Origin: a virus
Taxonomy: Duplodnaviria > Heunggongvirae > Uroviricota > Caudoviricetes
Virus record (IMG/VR): IMGVR_UViG_3300008261_001827
Span: 44,894-108,893 of that record
Strand: one strand, 5' to 3'
DNA length: 64,000 bases
How positions within the stretch are numbered: the first letter of the stretch is position 1; every line of letters starts with the position of its first letter. Shown here one piece after another: positions 18,536-27,515 of the stretch. The notes below the pieces were generated by a model. The model had not been told where the DNA came from and did not search any database. It was given only the letters and a program-made list of their open reading frames with translations. The position numbers and the translations under genes are program-made.

Positions 18536-18691
18536 TTAATCGTCAACCTTTTCGTCGAATCTGGATAATTTTTCAGCTGATTTCTTGCGACGCTGGTCAC
18601 GTCTACTCTGAAGTTTTCGATCTTTGTCACTAACGTCATCTTCCCACTCATCATCCCATTCTTCACGAAATTTCTTAAACGACTTAGCCAT
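18536..18691 (-). CDS. Small acidic-then-basic protein MAKSFKKFREEWDDEWEDD... (not in ORF track; under 60 aa)
   Basis: SD AAGAGGA 7 nt upstream. N-terminus matches the MKSFKQF leader family. Conflicts with the N-terminal extension of the HAD gene. Confidence 0.45.
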   Translation of the reverse strand: MAKSFKKFREEWDDEWEDDVSDKDRKLQSRRDQRRKKSAEKLSRFDEKVDD

Positions 18692-19121
18692 TTTGTTCCT
18701 CTTTTACTCCTTCGATAAGACCTGGGAACGCTTGAACGATTACATTGCGAGTAAGACCCGCGAGTGGTTTTTGAGCGATCATCTTGCAGAGCAGCTCAGC
18801 ATCATTATTGTCGACATCCTCAAGTAGACTAATGAAGAGGTTCTCTCTCTTTACTTGGTTGAGGTTATCATAACCACCACCTTCTACGAAGATACGAAGA
18901 CGACGAGCTTCTTTTAGGAGCATACCCTCTACACCAATGTAGCTATTCTTTTTCCACGGTGGCGGAGTATCTGGAATAAGAAACTTTACGCTCTTATCGT
19001 AAGTGAACTTAAGAACTGTTCTGAGTGGCTGAGAGTCATTCTTTCGCAGCCAGTCAATCTTTTCTTGAACCGTTTTAAGCTCGGCTGCTTTGTTTACGAT
19101 TTCAGATAGTGAGAGTATCAT
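18684..19121 (-). CDS. Hypothetical protein
   Basis: 145-aa ORF. Its stop overlaps the rnh start. Confidence 0.5.
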   Translation of the reverse strand: MILSLSEIVNKAAELKTVQEKIDWLRKNDSQPLRTVLKFTYDKSVKFLIPDTPPPWKKNSYIGVEGMLLKEARRLRIFVEGGGYDNLNQVKRENLFISLLEDVDNNDAELLCKMIAQKPLAGLTRNVIVQAFPGLIEGVKEEQNG

Positions 19122-19981
19122 TAAAAATCCTGTAGGTCAGTGATGAGGTTTTTGAGTTTCTTTTCGACAAAATAGTTAAACAGTTGCGATCTGCCGATGT
19201 CTTTTTCTTTGTTGTATTCTTCTAGAATTTTAGTCTTGTAGTTCTCAGGGATTTCTCCTAGATCAATCATCATCTTATTGCGATGATAGTTTCTAAGAGT
19301 CGCTTCATCCATACTCTGCGGACCCTTTGAGAGATCAGCAAGGCGCTTTGCAGTCATCATCTTTTGGCGTTCACCAATAGCAAGACAGTTATCAGGAGAG
19401 AGAATGTTTGGCACACCGTCTCCGCCATCACCCTTTAGAATATGTTCCATGAGGTATTTATCGGGATCTGAGTTTTGAACCCACTTCTTGCGAACAGGAT
19501 CGTATTGCTTTACATTCGCATACTTATGAAGTTGGATGTAGTCCTTATCACCTGAAAGAATAAGGAATTGATCGTTACCGATATTTAGTTCCGTCCCAAA
19601 CTCATGTACGACGGCTCCGATGATATCATCGGCTTCACAATGGTCGATATGAATTACTTTGTAGGGAAAGTGATCTTTGATCTCGGTGCGGATCGTATTG
19701 ATGATACGAAACAGTTCGTTCCAGTCGAGTTCAGACTCTTCACGGGACTTGCGACGCGCAGCCTTGTAGTAAGGAAAGATTTCGCGGCGCCAAGAATTCT
19801 TACCGTCAGCGCAGATTACGATCTCACCAAACTCTTGGTGAAACTTTTTTCGGTTATAGCGCAATGAGTTTAGGAACATGTGACGAAGCAGATTCTCGTC
19901 TACGTCAATGTTGTGATGGTTGCCGATACCAGCAAATAGAGATGCTAGCATCACTTGGTTAAAGTCAATCAAAATTGGCAT
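19121..19981 (-). CDS. rnh: RNase H / 5'-3' flap exonuclease
   Basis: 286 aa, collinear with T4 RNase H (LIDFNQV, ICADGKNSWRREIFPYYKA, EADDIIGA, QLHKYANVKQ). Confidence 0.9.
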   Translation of the reverse strand: MPILIDFNQVMLASLFAGIGNHHNIDVDENLLRHMFLNSLRYNRKKFHQEFGEIVICADGKNSWRREIFPYYKAARRKSREESELDWNELFRIINTIRTEIKDHFPYKVIHIDHCEADDIIGAVVHEFGTELNIGNDQFLILSGDKDYIQLHKYANVKQYDPVRKKWVQNSDPDKYLMEHILKGDGGDGVPNILSPDNCLAIGERQKMMTAKRLADLSKGPQSMDEATLRNYHRNKMMIDLGEIPENYKTKILEEYNKEKDIGRSQLFNYFVEKKLKNLITDLQDF

Positions 19982-20022
19982 GTTATATGTTTCTCTTATA
20001 TTTGGATCTTACAGATTAGATA

Positions 20023-20364
20023 TTACTCTAGTAATTCACCAATGTCAATCATTTCTTTATCGATTTCTTCACTTTCTATAAATTCTTCTGCAAAGTCTTG
20101 CAGCGGGTGGTGAATACCACTTGCCATAAGATGAAGTGAACGAATCGATTCTAAAAGAAGAATGATTGATGGATAGAACTTTTCCGTGTCTTCTTCAAAT
20201 CTACAACCGGAACGAACCATCTCTACTAGAACAAGGTTCCAAAGACTCTCGGCGACGTCGTTAGAAAAGCTAGTCCTGTATTCAGTTAGCTTTTCTGAAA
20301 GCTCTTCCAGAGACTGCGGTGGTGCGTCGAGCTTCATTTTAGGAAACTTTATGATTTCAGCCAT
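20023..20364 (-). CDS. Hypothetical protein
   Basis: 113-aa acidic ORF. Confidence 0.5.
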   Translation of the reverse strand: MAEIIKFPKMKLDAPPQSLEELSEKLTEYRTSFSNDVAESLWNLVLVEMVRSGCRFEEDTEKFYPSIILLLESIRSLHLMASGIHHPLQDFAEEFIESEEIDKEMIDIGELLE

Positions 20365-21310
20365 TATCTAAACGCCTTAATAGATTAATCCAAGAACTCT
20401 TAAACTTATTTATACCATTCCTCGGCAACGCATGCCGATCTGAAGACGTGATTATGTTTAAAAAGTTCTCATTGTTTCTTTGAGCTTCCAGAAGGTTCTT
20501 TGTCACAATGAACGCGATGTTTGCGTGTTCATGAACATCCTCTGTATATTCGTACATGAGTGTAGCACTCGATGAAGTTTCTGGTAAGGCCGCATACGAA
20601 GGATGAATTACTAGGACGCCAGAACGAATGGCTTCTATCATTGCAATACAAGATGTCTCTTGCCAGATCGAAGGATAGAGAAAGATGTGCGACTCCTTTA
20701 GAGCAGCAAGAACTTCGTCATTGCTCTTGGATCCATGATATGTGATCTTTGGATGAGCCTTTAACTTCTCAAAGAGTTGTTCGTATGGCTTGTCTCTCTG
20801 TTCCCAACCATAGATCTTAAACGATGAGTATACATCTAGGTGAATGTTATCAAACTGTTTCGATAGCGCATCAAAGATTGGATACACAAGTTCCAATCCA
20901 CGGTGCGGAGTCGTATGATAGATGAAACGTATCTGATCCGTTCTCTTTTGGATCGGCGTATACTCGAGTTCGATGGCATTTGGAATTACGGTGCATCTCG
21001 AGTACGGAATACCATACGCCGACACATACTGATCTCTCTGCCAATATGAAACGAAGACGAAGTGATCAAACTTACGCCAACCACCATCCTTAAGAATCTT
21101 ATTCTCCGGGTCCATAACAAGATCGTGGCAGTAGAATATATTCTTTACATCGCGGTGCATCTCTCGAGGGCGCGAGAAGTGAATTGCAAAATTTTGTAGA
21201 AGTTCTTGAGGAACATTATTGAGCAGCCTCTCTCGCATCATCTCAGTGCCTCCACGAGCATTGCGAGAGAGGTTTGTATCTACAACATTTCCTTTGTAAA
21301 TGCAGCTCAT
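20357..21310 (-). CDS. Glycosyltransferase, GT-B fold (GT4-like)
   Basis: C-terminal E(T)SCIAMIEAIRSG motif typical of GT1/GT4-family enzymes. Confidence 0.65.
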   Translation of the reverse strand: MSCIYKGNVVDTNLSRNARGGTEMMRERLLNNVPQELLQNFAIHFSRPREMHRDVKNIFYCHDLVMDPENKILKDGGWRKFDHFVFVSYWQRDQYVSAYGIPYSRCTVIPNAIELEYTPIQKRTDQIRFIYHTTPHRGLELVYPIFDALSKQFDNIHLDVYSSFKIYGWEQRDKPYEQLFEKLKAHPKITYHGSKSNDEVLAALKESHIFLYPSIWQETSCIAMIEAIRSGVLVIHPSYAALPETSSSATLMYEYTEDVHEHANIAFIVTKNLLEAQRNNENFLNIITSSDRHALPRNGINKFKSSWINLLRRLDNG

Positions 21311-21576
21311 TATTTGTCTACTGTGCTGAACTCTTTAAGAGAGTCCCAACGGAAAGAACGCCATCCGTTTGCTTCGACGTCCCAGACTGCGAGCACGTCA
21401 TTGTTTGGGATTTTCTTTTGAATTGCTTCTTCAAGATCTACTTGAGCTGGTAGAAACTCTTCTGATAGTGTACAGTGCATCACTCGAGTATCACCGTTTG
21501 CTTTTGTAAAGATGATCTTACAGATCGTTTCGTTCAGCTTACGAATAATATCGTCTTTATCCCAATCCATGATCAA
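21310..21576 (-). CDS. Hypothetical protein
   Basis: 88-aa ORF. Confidence 0.5.
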   Translation of the reverse strand: MIMDWDKDDIIRKLNETICKIIFTKANGDTRVMHCTLSEEFLPAQVDLEEAIQKKIPNNDVLAVWDVEANGWRSFRWDSLKEFSTVDK

Positions 21577-21580
21577 ATCC

Positions 21581-21841
21581 TTACTGCATCACATAGAGTT
21601 TTTTGTAACGTTCCTTAGCAGGTCCGCCGTTCATATCGTTCATGCGAACACGAATGAACTTCTTGTTCGTCTGCTCTTTGTTTGGGTTCTCGATGGTCAG
21701 CCACGGATTTGATCCGCTGAGCCATGCCTTTTGCTTATTCAGCATATCGTCTGCGCCGGTTCTTTCTCTACGAATAGAGTTTAGAAGCTGACGGTTTACG
21801 TTAGGACGTTCACCGTTTGAAGTGTTGTTCGTCTTAGCCAT
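21581..21841 (-). CDS. Hypothetical basic protein
   Basis: 86-aa ORF. Confidence 0.5.
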   Translation of the reverse strand: MAKTNNTSNGERPNVNRQLLNSIRRERTGADDMLNKQKAWLSGSNPWLTIENPNKEQTNKKFIRVRMNDMNGGPAKERYKKLYVMQ

Positions 21842-21858
21842 AATATAATACTCCGTGT

Positions 21859-22083
21859 TTAGTATGTTTCAAGTTTTACGATGTTTAGATCTGACAGTAT
21901 TTTAAAACTTAGCGTTGTGAGATCTGCTTCTGGGTTTAATCTTAGTAGAGATACTAATCTATCTATGAATATAAGTTCTTTATCGTGTTTAGATGCAATA
22001 CTTAAAGATTCGAACATCGTCTCTAGGTCGAATGGATTCTCGTAGAATATCCTAGGCGACGTCTTTTGTTTCTGCGTGTTCAT
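21859..22083 (-). CDS. Hypothetical protein (start uncertain)
   Basis: Internal ATG with SD AAGGA. The long form overlaps the kinase gene by 230 nt. Confidence 0.3.
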   Translation of the reverse strand: MNTQKQKTSPRIFYENPFDLETMFESLSIASKHDKELIFIDRLVSLLRLNPEADLTTLSFKILSDLNIVKLETY

Positions 22084-22711
22084 TACATTCCTTTTCGTAA
22101 ATATCGCGAAGAATTTCATGGAACTCATTGAGAGAACCATTGTTATGTACACGATAGGTGCGAATAGAAAATTCTTTTGGTAGTACGTGTTCTCTATCGA
22201 TATCTGTAGATTTTTGAATAATGTACTCTTTTTCGAGTCTTCCGTTAAAGTATCGGCGTGAGTCTGAAGAGTAATCGCATCCATCTCGTGTCAGCTGAAC
22301 CAGAACAATATTCTGTGTTCCAACTCTATTTATAAGTGGAACCAATTCTTCTTCGAAGCCGCCGTCTGAGATGGCATAGTTCATTCCATCCTCGATCTCT
22401 CGAGCCACGCAGACTCCAAAGATGTCTTTTCCTAGAGCAGGCTTTGTGATTTCTTCTGAGACGTAGATCATTGCTTCTCGTCGAGACATGTCTTCAAGAA
22501 GTTCTTCCGGCTGCTCCTTAACAGTCCGATCGTTATATCCATTCATAAACCATTCCTCGTCAACATCGAAGAATGCGATTGTTTCTTTAAAGAGAACTTG
22601 TTTAAAACTCAGGTGTTTGAAGCCGCGGCGTTTAAAATACGACGCGGCCTCGTCCTTACCCGAACCCGGGGGACCGTTGAATATAATAATCAAGAGAACG
22701 CCTCGTCCCAT
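22052..22711 (-). CDS. P-loop nucleotide kinase (T4 gp1 dNMP-kinase-like)
   Basis: FNGPPGSGKD Walker A near the N-terminus. About 220 aa. Confidence 0.55.
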   Translation of the reverse strand: MGRGVLLIIIFNGPPGSGKDEAASYFKRRGFKHLSFKQVLFKETIAFFDVDEEWFMNGYNDRTVKEQPEELLEDMSRREAMIYVSEEITKPALGKDIFGVCVAREIEDGMNYAISDGGFEEELVPLINRVGTQNIVLVQLTRDGCDYSSDSRRYFNGRLEKEYIIQKSTDIDREHVLPKEFSIRTYRVHNNGSLNEFHEILRDIYEKECNEHAETKDVA

Positions 22712-22884
22712 TCCTTCGTAGTCATACCAGAGAGAATGAATTCGCGGTCGGTATCATTGAGGTAGGGCATGAGATCTTGAATGCTACCGTAACCGGCCTG
22801 CCATGCTTCCATATCCTCTGGGTTGACCGGAATGTTACGAGTACGCTCGATACCAGTCAGAATGCTCTTACGCTTGATCAACAT
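22690..22884 (-). CDS. Hypothetical protein
   Basis: 64-aa ORF. Confidence 0.4.
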   Translation of the reverse strand: MLIKRKSILTGIERTRNIPVNPEDMEAWQAGYGSIQDLMPYLNDTDREFILSGMTTKEWDEAFS

Positions 22885-23434
22885 TTTCTCTCTCCTTCAT
22901 GAAGCCTAGCTTTGCGATGTAGTAGGAATCAACAATATCCGAAACCGGATTCCACTGATTAATATTCAATATACCAACTTTTTCACGAATGTCAACTGCA
23001 TTTTCTTGTATAAATGCTTCATACATCTTTTCTTTGTTTGCGTTGCCTTTAGTCGTCGCAAACTTCTTAATTACTGTCGGTGGATATACCTCAAAGTTAA
23101 GTCCTTCCTTCCACGCCTTGTATTTAAGAACTCCTGCGTTCTCTGCGATCTGAAAGACACGACCAACTGCTCCGAACGCGTAACCTTCGATGAAGCATCG
23201 TTCGACTCGGTGTGCTTTTAAAATACCTAGAGACCATGAAGCTAGATTATCAAACCGATGTATATCACTCTTAAACTCGGGATACATTGTCGCATAGAAC
23301 TGCGGTTGCGACATTGCTAGCTTTTCTTTTTGAACTATGTAGTAGAACGAGCAGTTCTCGTAGCTCCATTCGTCACCTTCGTGAACGCATATCGCTGGGC
23401 TTGTCAAACTATAGTCAATTCCTGCAACTATCAT
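22868..23434 (-). CDS. RuvC-like Holliday junction resolvase
   Basis: AGIDYSLTSPAICV N-terminal catalytic Asp motif. Later EGYAFG and DIVDSYYIA acidic motifs. Confidence 0.6.
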   Translation of the reverse strand: MIVAGIDYSLTSPAICVHEGDEWSYENCSFYYIVQKEKLAMSQPQFYATMYPEFKSDIHRFDNLASWSLGILKAHRVERCFIEGYAFGAVGRVFQIAENAGVLKYKAWKEGLNFEVYPPTVIKKFATTKGNANKEKMYEAFIQENAVDIREKVGILNINQWNPVSDIVDSYYIAKLGFMKERENVDQA

Positions 23435-23462
23435 AAAATACCTCTACATGTTGTAGAGATAT

Positions 23463-23807
23463 TTATCTTCTCATTTGAGCAGCATCTACAGCAGCCTGCT
23501 TATTGTCCTTACGAATAGGAACCATGTTTGACTTATGAGTCGTGGCGATACCAAGGATCTCGTCGCCAGTGTACTGCATGCGGTCCTTCTTAGTACCGTT
23601 AGCAGCAACGCGATCGCTCGTTACACGAGGTCCTGTATTGTAGTTGGGGATTTCGTAACGATAGTCTTTTGCGTTACCTTTAAAGCCAACGCGAGCAAGA
23701 AACCGTTCGTGTTCGGCTTCTGCCTCTAACATACGCTTTGTCTTGTTCTTTGGCTTTTGTTTTCGCGTGTTGAGGGAAGTCATCCCTCGGATCAAATGCA
23801 TTGTCAT
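23463..23807 (-). CDS. Hypothetical basic protein
   Basis: 114-aa ORF. Confidence 0.45.
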   Translation of the reverse strand: MTMHLIRGMTSLNTRKQKPKNKTKRMLEAEAEHERFLARVGFKGNAKDYRYEIPNYNTGPRVTSDRVAANGTKKDRMQYTGDEILGIATTHKSNMVPIRKDNKQAAVDAAQMRR

Positions 23808-24043
23808 TGTATTTTTTTCAATTCGATATCAGGTTCCTGACCAGCCCAAACGAGCATATAGTACTTGACCTTTTCTAAGTCAACGAGTTTTTCTTCCAGA
23901 AAATCGCATGGCCCGAATACTGATGACGTATCGATACACTCCGCTTGAAAGTCGAAATCTAGAGCTTCCGATAGAGTTAAGTTGTAGTCCTTCATAAGTA
24001 TCACAAGATGCATTTCGTATTCGGTTGCTTCCGTGGTAGCCAT
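23804..24043 (-). CDS. Hypothetical protein
   Basis: 79-aa ORF downstream of a family promoter. Confidence 0.5.
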   Translation of the reverse strand: MATTEATEYEMHLVILMKDYNLTLSEALDFDFQAECIDTSSVFGPCDFLEEKLVDLEKVKYYMLVWAGQEPDIELKKIQ

Positions 24044-24070
24044 TGAGCTATCTCCCTACTGTCTAGACTA

Positions 24071-24100
24071 GAATATACTGATTCTATCGGAATGTCAACT
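24071..24100 (-). promoter_or_regulatory. Conserved early promoter (variant spacer)
   Basis: rc GTTGACATTCCGATAGAATCAGTATATTCT. 28 nt upstream of the 24043 start. Confidence 0.65.
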
Positions 24101-24351
24101 CAAAATGCCGACTGACCATAGTCTCCTAGTGTGTTTTCTATCTCTTTTGCGAATTCTGCGTATCCACCGATGTGGCGGTTGTTCCACCAGATCTGAGGAA
24201 CCGTCTTTACTTCTGGATATTTTTCAAACATCTCTGTTCGATAGTCTTCAAACAGTGTGTTCTTATATTGATACTTCAAACCATATTGTTCGGCTAGCTT
24301 CTTAGCTTCTTGACACCAATGGCAGTTATCCTTTCCATATATTACGATCAT
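24100..24351 (-). CDS. Glutaredoxin (NrdC-like)
   Basis: MIVIYGKDNCHWCQEAKKL with a CxxC active site. ATGA coupling to the upstream gene. Confidence 0.75.
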   Translation of the reverse strand: MIVIYGKDNCHWCQEAKKLAEQYGLKYQYKNTLFEDYRTEMFEKYPEVKTVPQIWWNNRHIGGYAEFAKEIENTLGDYGQSAF

Positions 24352-24644
24352 TCTCCATACTTCCATTTCTTAATGTATGCTAGTTTCTGTTCTTTTGTCC
24401 AGTTCTTAAGATAGTCGTTATCCTTATCAAAAAGAGTCAAAACGTCTTCTTCAGTGAATTCTTGAACGTCGAGAACTGTCTCGCCGAGATGTTCTTGCGA
24501 GAACTCATTCACTTCGTTCATAGTGACTGAGTCAGCAGCCCAAACCGGTTCAACATGTCCATCGAGTTTTAGATCTTCAACCGGAACAACGTATCTCATT
24601 CTATACTGCGAGATAGCAGTCACGACGTAGTATTTATCAGTCAT
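24348..24644 (-). CDS. Hypothetical protein
   Basis: 98-aa ORF. Confidence 0.5.
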   Translation of the reverse strand: MTDKYYVVTAISQYRMRYVVPVEDLKLDGHVEPVWAADSVTMNEVNEFSQEHLGETVLDVQEFTEEDVLTLFDKDNDYLKNWTKEQKLAYIKKWKYGE

Positions 24645-24647
24645 AGT

Positions 24648-24830
24648 TTAGTCTCCCCAATTAAATATGCCTTCAAAGAAGGACCATAGCATATGAAGTG
24701 GAAATAAGAATAGCAGCAGAAAGAAAGCTAACCAAAAGTTCTTTTCGAATGTTATTAGAAACCCTCGTATGTAGAGGATTGCAAGAAGAAGGATAATTCC
24801 TATGATCAATATTTCATTCATACTTTTCAC
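24648..24830 (-). CDS. Small membrane protein
   Basis: 60 aa with two hydrophobic segments. Confidence 0.4.
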   Translation of the reverse strand: MKSMNEILIIGIILLLAILYIRGFLITFEKNFWLAFFLLLFLFPLHMLWSFFEGIFNWGD

Positions 24831-24922
24831 GTATCTCTTTTAATCTATCTTGATCGACTCGATAGTCTGATACTTGACGAGCGACACTCAGTAACCAAAG
24901 AATGTCTGCCAACATTTCAGAC

Positions 24923-25072
24923 TTATTCGTCGTCTTCATCTTCAGAGACCCATTCCTGCCCTTCGTCAATGAATCCGTCGTCGTGCATTGCTTCGAAGAT
25001 GTCGTCTACCATGAAGTCTTCGCCCTCAATCAACATCATACACCACTTTGCGTATTCCTTCTTAGTAGCCAT
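24923..25072 (-). CDS. Small acidic protein (not in ORF track)
   Basis: ATG preceded by SD AAGAGGA. 49 aa, D/E-rich. Confidence 0.4.
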   Translation of the reverse strand: MATKKEYAKWCMMLIEGEDFMVDDIFEAMHDDGFIDEGQEWVSEDEDDE

Positions 25073-25193
25073 ATCTATCCTCTTAAGAAAAGTTGTAATA
25101 AACTGTTAGTATTAGTTAAGATTGCTAAGTCCGTACACATCATATTTATCTACTTCGATGACCGGAACTATAAATTCTTCCATGGCCCGAGAT

Positions 25194-26333
25194 TTACATC
25201 CCGAGCCACAGGGCAGTTTGATCCCAGCGAGTGTTGGTGCTGATGCTCTTACGGACGTGTTCCAACATCAAGTCACGGATGTTATGGCCATCCAACATAC
25301 GGAAGATGAACGGAGCGTCTGCCTTGTCTTCCAGCTTCGGAATGTACTCAAGAGCGACGCGCTTACGGTCGTTGTCGTACAATTGATTTACAACATCACG
25401 ATCCGCAAGAAGTTGGTCTTCTTTTACTTTGAACGCATTCCAGAAACGAATTTCAAAGTTACGAACACGGTTAGCCTGAACAACAGGCAACATCGGCATC
25501 ACGTCGTCAACTTCTTCGTTAACGATTAGATCCACAATGTTACGATCAAACGTGATACGTTCCATAGTCTTGTGGATACGGACGTACCAATCGTTCTTCA
25601 CCTTCAGCATATGGCCATCAGCGAAACGGATGATGTCACCTTCGCGGCCTTCAGACTCGCGCTGACGAGCAACGTAGTCTCCCATGGTACCTTCGATAGA
25701 ACCATAGGTACGAACACGATTAAACGGACACGAGGTATCCATCACATACGCGCCGGTAGCGTTGTCACGAGTACCTAGATACACGAGGTCTGCTTCGTCG
25801 TAAGCAAGAACGATCTGGTTGAACGGGCTTACCCACTCGAAGATCGGAGTTACAGAGTCATATACGCACTGACGCAGCCACTCCTTCATAGAAGGGTCAC
25901 AAGCAGCAAGCCAAGTTTCAGCCTGCATAGCCACGTCAGTCACACCCATCTTGGTAGCGAGACGAAGATAACCATCCACAAGGATAGGACGGATCATAGA
26001 ACCATCCATCTTTTCCATGATCACGTGCGGCTGAGACATATCAACCACATGAGTCTGAGTCTCTTCACGCTCGTTCACGTTGAAGAACTTGTGCAAAGGG
26101 CGGCTCATGAGGTTGCCATCACGATCAAAGATAAGACCGCGGCACTCGCGGCGGATCGCACCAGTCAAGTCATCAGAGCCGGACATGTTGAAAGTATCAG
26201 CCATCGCAACGACGTAGTTGATAACAGTATAGCCTTCGCGCTCTGCTACAACAAACTCGTCACGTCCTTCGATGTGAGGAAGAACGTCTGATATATGGCG
26301 GATCACAGGAAATTGATATCGCATCTTATTCAA
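25194..26333 (-). CDS. rnlA: RNA ligase (Rnl1-like)
   Basis: 379 aa. IMEKMDGS nucleotidyltransferase motif I (KxDG). Overall size and architecture like T4 RnlA. Confidence 0.75.
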   Translation of the reverse strand: MNKMRYQFPVIRHISDVLPHIEGRDEFVVAEREGYTVINYVVAMADTFNMSGSDDLTGAIRRECRGLIFDRDGNLMSRPLHKFFNVNEREETQTHVVDMSQPHVIMEKMDGSMIRPILVDGYLRLATKMGVTDVAMQAETWLAACDPSMKEWLRQCVYDSVTPIFEWVSPFNQIVLAYDEADLVYLGTRDNATGAYVMDTSCPFNRVRTYGSIEGTMGDYVARQRESEGREGDIIRFADGHMLKVKNDWYVRIHKTMERITFDRNIVDLIVNEEVDDVMPMLPVVQANRVRNFEIRFWNAFKVKEDQLLADRDVVNQLYDNDRKRVALEYIPKLEDKADAPFIFRMLDGHNIRDLMLEHVRKSISTNTRWDQTALWLGM

Positions 26334-26595
26334 ATTCTACATCTTCGAAGATTTCGTTGAAGGTGATCTCGTTGTACTCACCCCGGCCAGTCATGCCGAG
26401 TTCCCACATACGAGCCATCATCTTTGCGTCGTGTTCGGTCTTGATGTACATAGTAGTCTCAAGATCACCGTGCAGCATACCTACTTCACTGCGGAAGAAG
26501 TCAATCACGTACATGGTTTTGGTATACGAGCTGTCGAAGTCGCCGTAGCAGACATCAACTTCAACTTCTTCAGGGGTTACGATCGCGATAGCCAT
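26326..26595 (-). CDS. Hypothetical protein
   Basis: 89-aa ORF downstream of a family promoter. Confidence 0.5.
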   Translation of the reverse strand: MAIAIVTPEEVEVDVCYGDFDSSYTKTMYVIDFFRSEVGMLHGDLETTMYIKTEHDAKMMARMWELGMTGRGEYNEITFNEIFEDVEFE

Positions 26596-26620
26596 GTTGT
26601 TCTCCGTTCTTTACAGATAT

Positions 26621-26650
26621 AGAATATACTGATTCTAAACGAATGTAAAT
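26621..26650 (-). promoter_or_regulatory. Conserved early promoter (TTTACA -35 variant)
   Basis: rc ATTTACATTCGTTTAGAATCAGTATATTCT. 26 nt upstream of the 26595 start. Confidence 0.65.
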
Positions 26651-26833
26651 AGAAAACTTACCTTCTAACAACTTTTTTCTCTTCGTGGTATCCCCATGAA
26701 GACGATGGCTTTTGCTTTAGTTGTTCTAGGATTTTTGATAGAGTCTCTCTATCTCTATAGGAACCGGTTCTTCGTATGATATCTTCGAGTTCTTGGATCA
26801 ATGACACGGATACAACTCCTTCCTATAAAAGAG

Positions 26834-27067
26834 TTATTTATCGCTATCGTTCCAGAACGGATGATCTAGGATATAGTCAGCCGAAAGAATGAATAGCTCT
26901 TCTTCCCCGTCACCTTTTGTATACATACGAAACACGATGCTCCTGTCTTCTGGTTTTGGTTTCTCGATGCGAACCACCATCTTATTCTTAAGAGATGGCT
27001 TCACCGAGTGCACGAACAATGTTGAATTTACAAGATCTTCAATCGACGCGTCAACAAATTCTACCAA
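26834..27067 (-). CDS. Hypothetical protein
   Basis: 77-aa ORF. Confidence 0.45.
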   Translation of the reverse strand: MVEFVDASIEDLVNSTLFVHSVKPSLKNKMVVRIEKPKPEDRSIVFRMYTKGDGEEELFILSADYILDHPFWNDSDK

Positions 27068-27306
27068 TCTTTGATTCCATACTTCTCGTCGATTGGAAGG
27101 ACTACAGTCTCACAACTCACGGTGAACTCATTTGTAGGAAACAGAGACGCTACAGACTCATCGAGTTTTGAAGGATCCGAATACGTTTGTTCTAGATCCG
27201 TCAGCATCATCGTCTTAAGAACTTCACAATCGTTTTGATTCTGTCCTTCGTAACCGAGTTGTACGACAACGGCTCCTGCATACCAGAGTGTAGCCCAATA
27301 AGTCAT
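27061..27306 (-). CDS. Hypothetical protein
   Basis: 81-aa ORF. Confidence 0.45.
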   Translation of the reverse strand: MTYWATLWYAGAVVVQLGYEGQNQNDCEVLKTMMLTDLEQTYSDPSKLDESVASLFPTNEFTVSCETVVLPIDEKYGIKDW

Positions 27307-27317
27307 TTATGTTTCCT

Positions 27318-27515
27318 TTACTTCTTTGGAGAAAATGGTCTTGCTGCGAGACATGATTGGATCTCACTAGTCAGTTCACGAATCCTTGGCCAAACAGTCG
27401 TGTCGTTATTAAGAACGAGCTGCTTCATAAGAGCAGCTCGTTCGCGGCGTAGGTCTCCAAACTTAGTTCCGATCCAGAGACCATTCGCAACTTCGTAGTT
27501 CTTTTCGTCCATCAT
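27318..27515 (-). CDS. Hypothetical protein
   Basis: 65-aa ORF. Its stop overlaps the downstream start. Confidence 0.45.
   Translation of the reverse strand: MMDEKNYEVANGLWIGTKFGDLRRERAALMKQLVLNNDTTVWPRIRELTSEIQSCLAARPFSPKK

Noticed and set aside
17941-18666. Long 241-aa form of the HAD hydrolase
   Set aside because: Its N-terminal 45-codon extension overlaps a better-supported small ORF (18536-18691, strong SD) in another frame. HAD motif I sits at the internal ATG.
25122-25529. 135-aa plus-strand ORF (and 24902-25243)
   Set aside because: Antisense to the RNA ligase gene and to the small acidic ORF. No RBS.
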